A stretch of 64,000 nucleotides of DNA from Holophagales bacterium UBA5704 (GTDB lineage Bacteria; Acidobacteriota; Thermoanaerobaculia; Multivoradales; UBA5704). The notes under the pieces were generated by a model. It saw only the letters and a list, made by a program, of their open reading frames with translations, had not been told where the DNA came from and did no database searches. This document shows, piece after piece, positions 54,101-59,874 of the stretch. The stretch's first letter is position 1. The number at the start of each line of letters is the position of its first letter. Made by a program: the position numbers and the translations under genes. The DNA lies in contig DIHE01000052.1 of assembly GCA_002420005.1 (NCBI GenBank), forward strand, positions 855-64,854, read 5' to 3'.

Positions 54101-54580
54101 CTGCGCGACCACCTGCGCGAGCGGCTGCCCGAGCCGATGGTGCCCTCCGCCTTCGTGCAGCTCGACGCCCTGCCGCTCACCGGCTCCGGCAAGGTGCAGC
54201 GCTCGGCCCTGCCGGCACCGGAAGGGGAGCGCCATGCCGCCTCCCCCTACGTCGAGCCGCAGAGCGTCCTGGAGAAGGAGATCGCCGATGTCTTCCGCGC
54301 CGAGCTGGAGCTCGACCGCGTCGGGCGCGACGACAACTTCTTCGACCTCGGCGGCCACTCGCTCACCATGGTCCGCGCCGCGGGCCGGCTCTCCGAGCGC
54401 CTCGGCCGGCCGGTCGCCGTGCTCGACCTCTTCCGCACCCCGACGGTCGCCTCCCTCGCCCGCCAGCTCGGCGGCGGCGAGGAGACCCTGCCGGCTCGCG
54501 AGACCTTGGAGGAACGCGCGGCGACGCGCCGGCAATCGTTGGGGCGGCGGCGCGAGCTGCGGGAGAAGGGCCGGGGCTGA
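45095..54580 (+). CDS. NRPS (3161 aa): (C-A-T)x3, no release domain
   Basis: ATG 45095 (MLSLSHTQRGLWFLH, the C1 motif) overlaps the upstream stop (ATGCTGA). The track start 44966 lies inside the previous gene. C1 45100-46390 (MHHIVSDFAA), A1 46440-47800, T1 about 47850-48060. C2 48115-49440 (LHHIAGDGWS), A2 49480-50970, T2 about 51030-51240. C3 51300-52620 (LHHAICDEWS), A3 52680-54200, T3 about 54260-54470. Each A domain has YTSGSTGRPKGV and each T has GGHSL. Confidence 0.9.
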   Translation: MLSLSHTQRGLWFLHRLHPGSTAYHMATLTRVVGDVPVEAIRASFQRMLDRHPALRTTFPLVGDEPAQVIPEAGEVAFEVVEATGWSAGALRAAMEAAAYRPFDLQRGPIFRATVFVHGAERYLVAAMHHIVSDFAALANLLREAPPEGKSFAQFVAWQAEMLAGPEGERLEAFWRERLDGLPELNLPADRVKPAHAPEQAGAVWRTIAPATLGPLKALARAEGATLYVVLLAAWQTLLSRYTGQEDFAVGSPVAGRPAGYGRVFGYFTNPLVLRADLAGDPPFRTLVERTRRRVVEALDHQHFPLPLLVERLRARSELFRTLFVFHRAPAGAEGLVGFSLGRGGARLPIDGFALESLPNAPRGSQFDLTLAAGEMAGALELQIVYDAARFDAPTPARWLQHFDRLLAGVAENPECPLSALPLLTPWERHHLLAEVNDGADAGLPWPTLHEGFERQARQTPQATALIDGLRRLTYQELDERATALAEDLRRRGAGPETVVAVKLPRTAELIVALLGVLKSGAAYLPLDPTYPEERIAFMLADAGAEWLLGPGGIGRMGPIRPIRPIEGDAGSRRLAYLIYTSGSTGRPKGVAIEHAAAVRLVAWARAAFSPAERAGVLAATSVNFDLSIFEIFVPLSTGGAVILAENALALPELPARGEVTLVNTVPSALAGLLEMGPLPPSVRTVNLAGEPLRRALADQILATGVKLWDLYGPSEDTTYSTGAVVAGEPGEPLIGWPLAGSRAFVLDRRGDPAPLGVPGELCLGGGGLARGYLGRPELTAEKFIPAPFDLADPRGARLYRTGDLVRRRPDGALEYLGRLDHQVKIRGFRIELGEVEAALLALPGVRETVVVAQGGALVAYVVGEAGALEEALRQRLPAPFVPSFFVALDALPRTPNGKVDRKALPAPVVAEEHATEAPVGPVEEAVAAVWAAVLGRERIGRFERFFELGGHSLLAARVVARLREALGLDLPLTALFDAPTVAGLALRIAAARAAAEAPLVPVPRDRPLPLSFAQHRLWFLDRLEPGSPLYNVPIAFALHGPFAPARLEGVLSAIERRHEALRTVYPAAAGVPRQEILPAQPFSLPAVDLSGLPEAVRETVARGLRAAEARRPFDLERGPVWRALCVRHGETRHEVLLTLHHIAGDGWSLDVLERDVAALFTGDTLPPLPVQPADAAVWQRERLTGARLAADLAWWRTRLAGAPPLDVPGDRPRPAAPTVRGFHIVAPFPADLATDLRALRRHAAGDLTLYQVLLAGFVALLGRWSDQRDVVLGAPVAGRGRTELDGVIGLFVNTLVLRFDLTAEPGFAALAGQARSVVVEAQAQGEMPFERLVEELAPDRAAGRAPLAPVLFDLAHAAPPRELPGGLRLRRLPVASGTAKLDLILHVQEEGDTLTADLEASADLFDRTTGRRLVEAWLRLLAAAVRAPEVRFTDLPLLSAVEQAEIVCEWNDTAGEAPRAAHLYDLFDRHVRERPDSLAVVWNETRLTWEELAARVSALAQPLRALGVGPEVPVAFCRERGPGRLVALLAILQADGLYVPLDPAWPDERLAWILDDCAAPVLLTESSLQDRFRGFRGTLLREGDEVGAPASTPLRPRGTGAAYLIYTSGSTGRPKGVLIEHRAAASHASSFAASFGLGPDDRMLQVASIGFDLSVEEIFVAFAAGAVLHIGPAEMALSATVFLDLCRRWGLTMVTLTTAFWHEIVREIEARPEALPPTLRLVTIGGETVLPERVAAWWRHAGPDVRLFNTYGPTEATVIATGLVVGEDTLGGPFGVPLGPPLPHIRAYVLDRALRPVPPGVPGELCIGGAGVGRGYLGRPDLTAERFVPDPFGLGGDRLYRTGDRARHRPDGRLEFLGRVDHQVKIRGFRIEPGETEAVLATCPLVAGVAVLALPDDRGELRLAAFVVPAPGAAPTPSALRAFLLARLPEHQVPSAFTIVPALPLTPNGKLDRRALARLRPTEDAAAPPARWLPRDPVEEQVAAVWAEVLEVPVEQIGPRADFFALGGHSLLATRIGARLHQAFGVDVPLRDVLEVPVIEELAARVRGLLAGTSAEAPVPPLLPVPRTSPPPLSFAQLRLWIIDRIEPGSAAYNVALAVRLEGALEPALLAAALGEVARRQEAVRTTFRVEGGDPVQIVHPPAPVPLPLLDLGALPDAARAAEALAWARAEESRPFDLENGPLLRAAVLRLAREEHLLLLNLHHAICDEWSLRLLFGEVVTLYAAGRSGTAATLPVLPVQYADFAVWQRGWLTGPVLAAQLAFWRERLADPPVLELPTDRPRPPVQTNRGARLPFVVPPATGAALRALGRSRGATAFMTCLAVWQALLARTAGQTDLTVGTPITGRSRAEVESLIGFFLNTLVLRADLSGDPGFAEMVDRARVRALEAFAHQDLPFEKLVDELGVRRSLGHAPLFQALFVLLHATPLPAAATGLRATPFATGGATAKFDLTLDLEADGDALTGVIEYNTDLFDATTARRLAARFCALAAGAAADPECPLSALPVLPEGEAHQILHEWNDRPPRHDVEVPLHGLVEAWADTDPERPAVEWEGGSFTYAELVGRARALAVRLRSLGVGPDVPVAVYAERGPELAVAFLAILEAGGAYLPIDPSYPQERQLFMLQDSGAPVLLVPESLLEAAPPTSARVVALTSASDGSVGSVGSIRSGPGSEATAYLIYTSGSTGRPKGVAVPHRVLANLILWQLDPARPGSLPGAWRTLQFASPSFDVSLHEMLATWCAGGTLVLASEEDRRDPERLVRHLAEAGVERLFLPFVALQQLADRLARPETPVPARLRRVITAGEQLQVTPQVVEAFRRLSAATGGTALHNHYGPSETHVVTELILDGDPALWPALPAIGRPLSGVTTHLLDRAFQPVPVGVVGELFLGGLSPARGYLGRPDQTAERFLPDPFSDASHPGGRLYRTGDRARLLPDGTVEFLGRIDHQVKIRGYRIEPGEIEAVLAAHPKVRECAVGVREGHREKGPGDRRLIAWVVTTGELGPTELRDHLRERLPEPMVPSAFVQLDALPLTGSGKVQRSALPAPEGERHAASPYVEPQSVLEKEIADVFRAELELDRVGRDDNFFDLGGHSLTMVRAAGRLSERLGRPVAVLDLFRTPTVASLARQLGGGEETLPARETLEERAATRRQSLGRRRELREKGRG
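46752..46792. repeat. 9-bp GATC microsatellite, locus 5 (NRPS2 A1, just upstream of the LAYLIYTSGSTG core)
   Basis: ggatcggac ggatgggac cgatccgac cgatccgac ccatcg. Translated in another frame as GIGRMGPIRPIRPIEG. Confidence 0.85.
53051..53095. repeat. 9-bp GATC microsatellite, locus 6 (NRPS2 A3, just upstream of the AYLIYTSGSTG core)
   Basis: gcatcggac ggatcggtc ggatcggtc ggatcgatc cgatccggt. Translated SDGSVGSVGSIRSG. Confidence 0.9.
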
Positions 54581-54603
54581 GGGCTCTGGCATAATACGCC
54601 GCC

Positions 54604-55434
54604 ATGCACGAAGACCTGTTGGACACCGCCACCACCGCCGCCCGCGCCGGCGCCGCCATCTTGCAAAGCTATTTCCGGCGCGACGGCCTGCAGGTGAGCC
54701 GCAAAGGGCAGAACGATTTCGTCACCGAGGCGGACAAGGCGAGCGAGGCCGCCGTCCTCGGCGTGATCCGGCAGGGCTTCCCGGACCACCGCATCCTCGC
54801 CGAGGAAGGCGGCGGCGCGGATCTGAACGAAGGCAGCGCCTACGAATGGCTGGTCGATCCGCTGGACGGCACCACCAACTTCCTCCAGGGGCTGCCGGTC
54901 TGGTGCGTCTCGGTCGCCTGCCGCCACGAGGGAGAGATCGTGGCCGGCGTGGTGCTCGATCCGGAAGGGAACAACCTGTTCGCGGCGCGCCGCGGCGGGG
55001 GCGCCACCTGGAACGGCCGTCCGATGACTGCCTCGCGCCATCCGGGCCTCGACGGCGCCTTCCTCGCCACCGGGTACCCGTTTCGCGCCTTGCCGACCCT
55101 CGACCTCTACCTGAACGTCTTCCGCGACGTCTTCCGCCGCTCCAAGGCGATCCGCCGCTGCGGCTCGGCGGCCCTCGACCTGGCCTATACCGCGGCCGGC
55201 GTCTACGACGGTTTCTTCGAGTTCCGCCTCTCCCCCTGGGACATCGGAGCGGGCGTCCTGTTGATCGAAGAAGCGGGCGGGACGGTCACCGATCTCGACG
55301 GCGGGGCGGGCTACTTCCGCGGCGGCAATGTCGTCGCCGGGGGCCGCGAGGTGCACCGCGGGCTCTGGGAGGTGATCGCCGGGCATGCCTGCGAGGCGGA
55401 GCTCGACCGTCTGAATCCGGTGGGCGCGGCGTGA
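54604..55434 (+). CDS. suhB: Inositol monophosphatase family protein (SuhB-like)
   Basis: Motifs ILAEEGG, WLVDPLDGTTNF and SPWDIGAGVLLIEEAGG are characteristic of the IMPase/SuhB family. Confidence 0.8.
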   Translation: MHEDLLDTATTAARAGAAILQSYFRRDGLQVSRKGQNDFVTEADKASEAAVLGVIRQGFPDHRILAEEGGGADLNEGSAYEWLVDPLDGTTNFLQGLPVWCVSVACRHEGEIVAGVVLDPEGNNLFAARRGGGATWNGRPMTASRHPGLDGAFLATGYPFRALPTLDLYLNVFRDVFRRSKAIRRCGSAALDLAYTAAGVYDGFFEFRLSPWDIGAGVLLIEEAGGTVTDLDGGAGYFRGGNVVAGGREVHRGLWEVIAGHACEAELDRLNPVGAA

Positions 55435-55442
55435 AACCCGGC

Positions 55443-56489
55443 ATGGAGAGCTGGACGGTCGAGATCCAGGTGCACCCGGCCAACATCCGGCGGCCGGTGC
55501 GGTCTCTCTTGTTCCATCGCTACCAGACCACCCTCGTCTCGATCGCCATCCTCATCTACATCCTCTTCCTCGCCCTGGGGGCCGGCCTCGCGCCGGGGGT
55601 GATCAGCGCCTGGCTGAACGACAAGGAATACGGCGCCCTGGCCTCCGAGCGGGCGCGCCAGGGGAAGCTTCTGCAGGCCCGCCTGGAAAGCCTGGCCGAG
55701 CTGGAGAGGAGAACCGACGGCCTCTACCTGGACCTGTACAAGCTTTTTCTCGCCTACGGGCTGCCGAAAGCGCCACCGGCGCCTGCACCGGCGGGTCCGC
55801 TGTTCGCGACCGAGGAGGTCCCCGAATCCGTTTACGCCACTGCGGTGCAGGAGGGAAACCGTCGGAGCTTTCGCATCCGCCAGAGGCTGGCACACCTCGA
55901 CACGTCCCTCGGTACGGTGCGGGCTTTCGAGCGCAGCCATCCGGAGCGGGTCCGGCTCACCCCGGCGATCTGCCCGCTGCGCGGGGAGCTGGTGATCACC
56001 AGCTCCTTCCGGCGGCGGCGCAGCCCGTTCACCAAGGAGCTGGACTTTCACCCGGCCCTCGACCTGGCGGCCCCGGTGGGTACGCCCGTGCTGGCCACGG
56101 CGGACGGTGTGGTCGCTTTCGCCGGTCAGGTTCCGGCAGGGCGCAATCCCGCCTGGTGGCGCCTCGGCAACCTGGTGATCCTGCGCCACGGGAACCTCTT
56201 TGTCACCGCCTACGGGCACTGCCAGGAGCTGCGCGTCCGCGCCGGCCAGAGCGTGCGCCGGGGTGACGTGGTGGCCACCGTGGGCAACACCGGGTGGAGC
56301 CCCAGCCCCCACCTGCATTACGAAGTGCGCCGCAACACCACCGCCAACGGCCTGGACTTCCGCCCCATCGACCCGGCCGTCTACATCCTCGACCGCCGCT
56401 GGCAGGCCGACGAGCGTCTCCTGATGGGGAAATCCATCACCGCCCCCCGGGGCTCGTGGGAGCCGCTGCCGCCGGGCCTCGTGCGGTAA
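55443..56489 (+). CDS. M23 family metallopeptidase with N-terminal membrane anchor
   Basis: ATG 55443; the alternative GTG 55431 overlaps the suhB stop. TM helix TTLVSIAILIYILFLALGAGL. M23 motifs HPALDLAAPVGTPV and GNTGWSPSPHLHYEV. Confidence 0.8.
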   Translation: MESWTVEIQVHPANIRRPVRSLLFHRYQTTLVSIAILIYILFLALGAGLAPGVISAWLNDKEYGALASERARQGKLLQARLESLAELERRTDGLYLDLYKLFLAYGLPKAPPAPAPAGPLFATEEVPESVYATAVQEGNRRSFRIRQRLAHLDTSLGTVRAFERSHPERVRLTPAICPLRGELVITSSFRRRRSPFTKELDFHPALDLAAPVGTPVLATADGVVAFAGQVPAGRNPAWWRLGNLVILRHGNLFVTAYGHCQELRVRAGQSVRRGDVVATVGNTGWSPSPHLHYEVRRNTTANGLDFRPIDPAVYILDRRWQADERLLMGKSITAPRGSWEPLPPGLVR

Positions 56490-56491
56490 CG

Positions 56492-57022
56492 TCAGCCCGT
56501 CTCCTCCCGGAGAACCACTTCCAGGGCCCTCCGGAAGGCGGCCGGGTCGATCGCCGGGTACCGGTAGAGGTACGGCTCGATCTGCTCGAATCGCTGGCGA
56601 AGCTCCGCAGGCTCGATCAATCGCCGGTCGAGCATCTGGCGGACATCCAGGCGGTCCTGGGAATGTCCTCGCTGGATCTTGGAGAGCGCCTGGGCGTAGA
56701 AGTCGTAGTGGAAGAACGACAACTGTCCTTCGCGGGCGATGAAGGCGCTCCGCTCGTGCCAGCCGGGGAGCTCCGGGATGAACTGATCCGGGGAGGCCAG
56801 CTCGATGTTGATTTCAAGCTGGTCCTTGATGCGCGGAAACGACCGGAGGAGGCGATCCGCGTCAGGCTCCAGCTTGATGTCGACGTCGATCGTGCTCGAT
56901 CGCCAACCGAAGAGAACCGCCGTGGCCCCACCGGTGAAGTAGAGGCGGCTCTCCGTTTCCGCTTCTCGCCCCAGCTCCCGCATCAAGCGCCGGAGCCGTT
57001 CCGCGTCTACAGGCCGGCGCAT
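56492..57022 (-). CDS. Nucleotidyltransferase-fold protein (minimal pol-beta-type NTase; possible toxin-antitoxin-like component)
   Basis: YFTGGATAVLFGWRSSTIDVDI fits the GG-x-A...G-x-R-x-T-x-D-x-D minimal NTase signature. It overlaps the upstream small gene by 16 nt. Confidence 0.5.
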   Translation of the reverse strand: MRRPVDAERLRRLMRELGREAETESRLYFTGGATAVLFGWRSSTIDVDIKLEPDADRLLRSFPRIKDQLEINIELASPDQFIPELPGWHERSAFIAREGQLSFFHYDFYAQALSKIQRGHSQDRLDVRQMLDRRLIEPAELRQRFEQIEPYLYRYPAIDPAAFRRALEVVLREETG

Positions 57023-57285
57023 TCTGCCGCGTTCTCGAAGCTGACGAGGCGCCGAACGAGCGCGTTGTACCGGGAGTGCGCCGAATCCGGATCGGATGCC
57101 GCCAGACGATCGTAGAGGCGATGCTCGGGCGAGGGGATCACTCCTACCGGGACCGCCAAACCGATGCTGCGCAGGCGCGGTGCGCCGATGGAGACTAGGA
57201 GCGCGGGGATGGAGTCCCGGCCGATGGACAGGTCGGCGAGCCCTTCCTCGACCAGATCGCCGCCGGGGAACGCAGCGAGTGACAT
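57007..57285 (-). CDS. Small hypothetical protein (92 aa), partner of the NTase-fold gene
   Basis: ATG 57285 (MSLAAFPGGDLVEEG...); the rest of track ORF 57007..57549 overlaps the AraC gene end. I recognise no motif. The call rests on operon position and the overlap. Confidence 0.4.
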   Translation of the reverse strand: MSLAAFPGGDLVEEGLADLSIGRDSIPALLVSIGAPRLRSIGLAVPVGVIPSPEHRLYDRLAASDPDSAHSRYNALVRRLVSFENAAECAGL

Positions 57286-57322
57286 GGCCAGGAGTATAGC
57301 CGAAGCAGGGCCCGGGACCCGC

Positions 57323-58342
57323 TCAGGCGGCGCTCGGGCGCTCCGGCGCCGTGACCGCCCGTTGCCGGAAGGTCCGCGGCGAGAGGCCGAGCTGGCGCTT
57401 GAAGGCTTTGCTGAAGGCGGCCTCCGATTCGTAGCCGGAGCGCTCGGCCAGCTCGCGCAGGGTGAGCTGGCCATCGCGCAGCAGGCTCGCGGCGAGGCGC
57501 ATCCGCCAGCGTGTGAGGTAGGTGAGCGGCGGCTCGCCGACCAGCTCACGGAAGCGCGCCGCGAAGGGAGAGCGGGAGAGGCCGACCGCCGCGGCCAGCT
57601 CGGTCACGCTCCAGTCGCGCTCCGGCTCGCGGTGCAGGTGCGCGAGCGCCGCGCCCACCTGGGGATCGCGCAACGCGCCGAGCCAGCCGCCGCCCCCCTC
57701 CGGCTGTGCGTCGAGCCAGACGCGCACCGCCTGCACGAAGATGACGTCGGTGAGCCGGGTGAGGATGGTGCCGGTGCCCGGCCGGGGCTGGCGCGCTTCG
57801 TGGAGGAGCAGCTGGAGCAGCGGGCCGAGCCAGGCGCCGGTGCCCGCGCTCTGGCCGGGCACGTGGAGCACCGGCGGCAGCGCCGCGAGGACGGGATTGT
57901 CGCTTCCCAGGCCGAGCTCGAAGGCGCCGCAGAGGATCTGCGTCGCGGCGCCGCTCCCGCCATGCCGCAGCACGTAGTGGCCTCCGGCTTCCTGGCGCGG
58001 CAGGCGCTCCAGCGGCACCGGCGGCGCGTCCGGTGTGTCGGCGAGCGTGTGGCCGCGGCCGTGCGGAACGATCACCAGGTCACCCGTGGCGAGCGGCAAC
58101 GCCTCGCGCCGGCGCTCCAGCCGCAGCCAGGCGTTGCCCTGCTCGACGACGTGGAAGTGGGCGTAGTCGCAGGAGCGCAACGTCATCGCCCAGGGCGCCC
58201 GCAGGTCGCTGCGGCAGAAGACGCGGCTGCGCAACCGCAGCGTGCCCAGCACGTCGGCGAGAACGTCGCCGCCGTTCGACCGATATCGGATGGCCCCGGT
58301 GCTTTCAGGACGATCGGACAAGAAATCGGGCGCTTCAGACAT
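57323..58342 (-). CDS. AraC family transcriptional regulator with N-terminal cupin-type domain
   Basis: The C-terminal double HTH is VTELAAAVGLSRSPFAARFRELVGEPPLTYLTRWR...LRELAERSGYESEAAFSKAFKRQLGLSPRTFR. It is divergent from the DJ-1/PfpI gene. Confidence 0.85.
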   Translation of the reverse strand: MSEAPDFLSDRPESTGAIRYRSNGGDVLADVLGTLRLRSRVFCRSDLRAPWAMTLRSCDYAHFHVVEQGNAWLRLERRREALPLATGDLVIVPHGRGHTLADTPDAPPVPLERLPRQEAGGHYVLRHGGSGAATQILCGAFELGLGSDNPVLAALPPVLHVPGQSAGTGAWLGPLLQLLLHEARQPRPGTGTILTRLTDVIFVQAVRVWLDAQPEGGGGWLGALRDPQVGAALAHLHREPERDWSVTELAAAVGLSRSPFAARFRELVGEPPLTYLTRWRMRLAASLLRDGQLTLRELAERSGYESEAAFSKAFKRQLGLSPRTFRQRAVTAPERPSAA

Positions 58343-58398
58343 TCATCCTCCTCGCTCCACCCGCTACTCTACCAGCGGCCTCAGGAAAGGAGCAGGTG

Positions 58399-59169
58399 AT
58401 GAGCTTGAAAGACCCGAATGTCGTCTCCCCGGGCCGCCCGAAGCGGGTGGCCGTCGTCGTCGCCAATCCGGCCGTGTCCACCACCACCGGCTGGCCGGTC
58501 GGTTTCTGGTGGAGCGAGCTGACCCACCCCTATTACGAGCTGACCGAGAAGGGCTACGAGGTCGAGATCTTCAGTCCCGCGGGCGGCCGCTGCGAAGCCG
58601 ACGCGATGAGCGATCCGCGCGATCCGAGCGGCTATTCGGCGAGCGATCTGATCAGCCTGGGCTTCCTCCACACCCCGCGCCTCGCCGCCCTCCTCGACGA
58701 CACGCGCCCCGTCTCCGCCATCGCGCTGGATCGTTTCGACGCCTTGGTGGTCGCCGGCGGTCAGGCTCCGATGTTCACCTTCGAGAGCGCCACCGATCTC
58801 CACCGCATCTTCGCCGCCTTCTATGAAGCGGGCAAGATCGCCTGCGCCCTCTGCCACGGCGTCGCCGTCCTGCGCTATGCCCGGCTGTCCAACGGCGAGC
58901 TGCTGGCCAAGGGCAAGACGGTGACCGGTTTCGCCAACGTCGAGGAGGACTTCGCCGACGAGGCGGTCTGGGGCATGGGCCTCCTGCCGCGCGACCGCCA
59001 CGTGATGCCCTGGCGGATCGAGGACGAGCTGCGGCGCCTCGGTGCCAACTACGTCCAGGCCGGCCGCTGGCGCGGTTTCGCCGTCCGCGACGGCAACCTG
59101 GTGACCGGCCAGCAGAACTTCTCGGGAGGGGAGACCGCCCGCCTGCTCATCCAGGCCCTTGGCGAGTGA
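58399..59169 (+). CDS. DJ-1/PfpI (type-1 glutamine amidotransferase-like) family protein
   Basis: ATG 58399 follows AGGAAAGGAGCAGG. The nucleophile-elbow context is KIACALCHGVAVL and the fold blocks are VAVVVAN...FDALVVAGG. Confidence 0.75.
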   Translation: MSLKDPNVVSPGRPKRVAVVVANPAVSTTTGWPVGFWWSELTHPYYELTEKGYEVEIFSPAGGRCEADAMSDPRDPSGYSASDLISLGFLHTPRLAALLDDTRPVSAIALDRFDALVVAGGQAPMFTFESATDLHRIFAAFYEAGKIACALCHGVAVLRYARLSNGELLAKGKTVTGFANVEEDFADEAVWGMGLLPRDRHVMPWRIEDELRRLGANYVQAGRWRGFAVRDGNLVTGQQNFSGGETARLLIQALGE

Positions 59170-59205
59170 GAGGCGAGTGAGGGGCGCGTCCTTGGTCCTC
59201 CTCTC

Positions 59206-59234
59206 TTGACCTGACCGACCGGTCGTGCTATTTT
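59206..59234 (+). promoter_or_regulatory. Candidate promoter (TTGACC - 17 bp - TATTTT) with embedded 10-bp palindrome CGACCGGTCG, upstream of the TetR gene
   Basis: The -35 is at 59206-59211 and the -10 at 59229-59234. The palindrome at 59216-59225 sits in the spacer. The ATG at 59241 is only 6 nt after the -10, which suggests a leaderless or near-leaderless mRNA. Confidence 0.4.
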
Positions 59235-59240
59235 CTCCCC

Positions 59241-59831
59241 ATGGCCAAGGGAGAGACGACCAAGGACGCCATTCTCGACCGCGCGCTCGCTCTCGCGACG
59301 CAGTCCGGGCTCGAAGGGCTCACCATGGGGAGCCTGGCGAAGGAGGTTCATCTCTCCAAGAGCGGCCTGTTCGCCCACTTCCAGTCGAAGGAGCAGCTCC
59401 AGCTCGACGTGCTGGAGACCGCGGTCGCCCGCTTCATCGAGATGGTCATCGCGCCGGCTCTGCGCGAGCCGCGCGGCGAGCCGCGGGTGCGGGCGCTGTT
59501 CGAGCGCTGGCTGGAGTGGGAGGACGCCAAGTTCCTGCCCGGCGGCTGCCCGTTCATCTCGCTCGCCAATGAGCTCGACGACCGGCCCGGCCCGCTGCGC
59601 GACCGGCTCGTCGGCTATCAGAAGGACTGGATGCAGGCGCTCGCCACGGCCGCCCGCATCGCGATGACCGAAGGCCATTTCCGCGCCGACCTCGATCCCG
59701 GCCAGTTCGCCTACGACCTCTACGCGATCATCCTCGCCTATCACCACTTCAGCCGGCTGCTGCGCGATCCGGCGTCCGAGGCGCACGCGCGCCAGTCCTT
59801 CGCGGCGCTGCTCGCCGCGAGCCGTTCCTGA
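59241..59831 (+). CDS. TetR/AcrR family transcriptional regulator
   Basis: The N-terminal HTH is KDAILDRALALATQSGLEGLTMGSLAKEVHLSKSGLFAHFQSKEQL. Confidence 0.85.
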   Translation: MAKGETTKDAILDRALALATQSGLEGLTMGSLAKEVHLSKSGLFAHFQSKEQLQLDVLETAVARFIEMVIAPALREPRGEPRVRALFERWLEWEDAKFLPGGCPFISLANELDDRPGPLRDRLVGYQKDWMQALATAARIAMTEGHFRADLDPGQFAYDLYAIILAYHHFSRLLRDPASEAHARQSFAALLAASRS

Positions 59832-59874
59832 GACCTGTGTGAAGACCGCCCCCGACCTGGAGGAGATCTCTGTC

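Noticed and set aside
27529-54592. Very long minus-strand ORFs (27529..32370, 32743..37125, 37126..44262, 45050..49978, 49997..54592) and many overlapping plus-strand ORFs in other frames
   Set aside because: They are antisense or off-frame shadows of the PKS-NRPS genes. Their translations are Arg/Pro/Gly/Ala-rich low-complexity sequence with no motifs, whereas the called frames carry complete KS/AT/C/A/T core motifs. Stop-codon scarcity at about 70% GC explains their length.
59216-59225. Possible link between the TetR-promoter palindrome CGACCGGTCG and the CCGAC...GTCGG dyads of the 5.5-kb array
   Set aside because: The half-sites are similar, but the arm spacing differs (2 nt versus 4 nt between the CCGAC and GTCGG cores). 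The motif is also short and GC-rich in a 70% GC genome, so chance similarity is likely.
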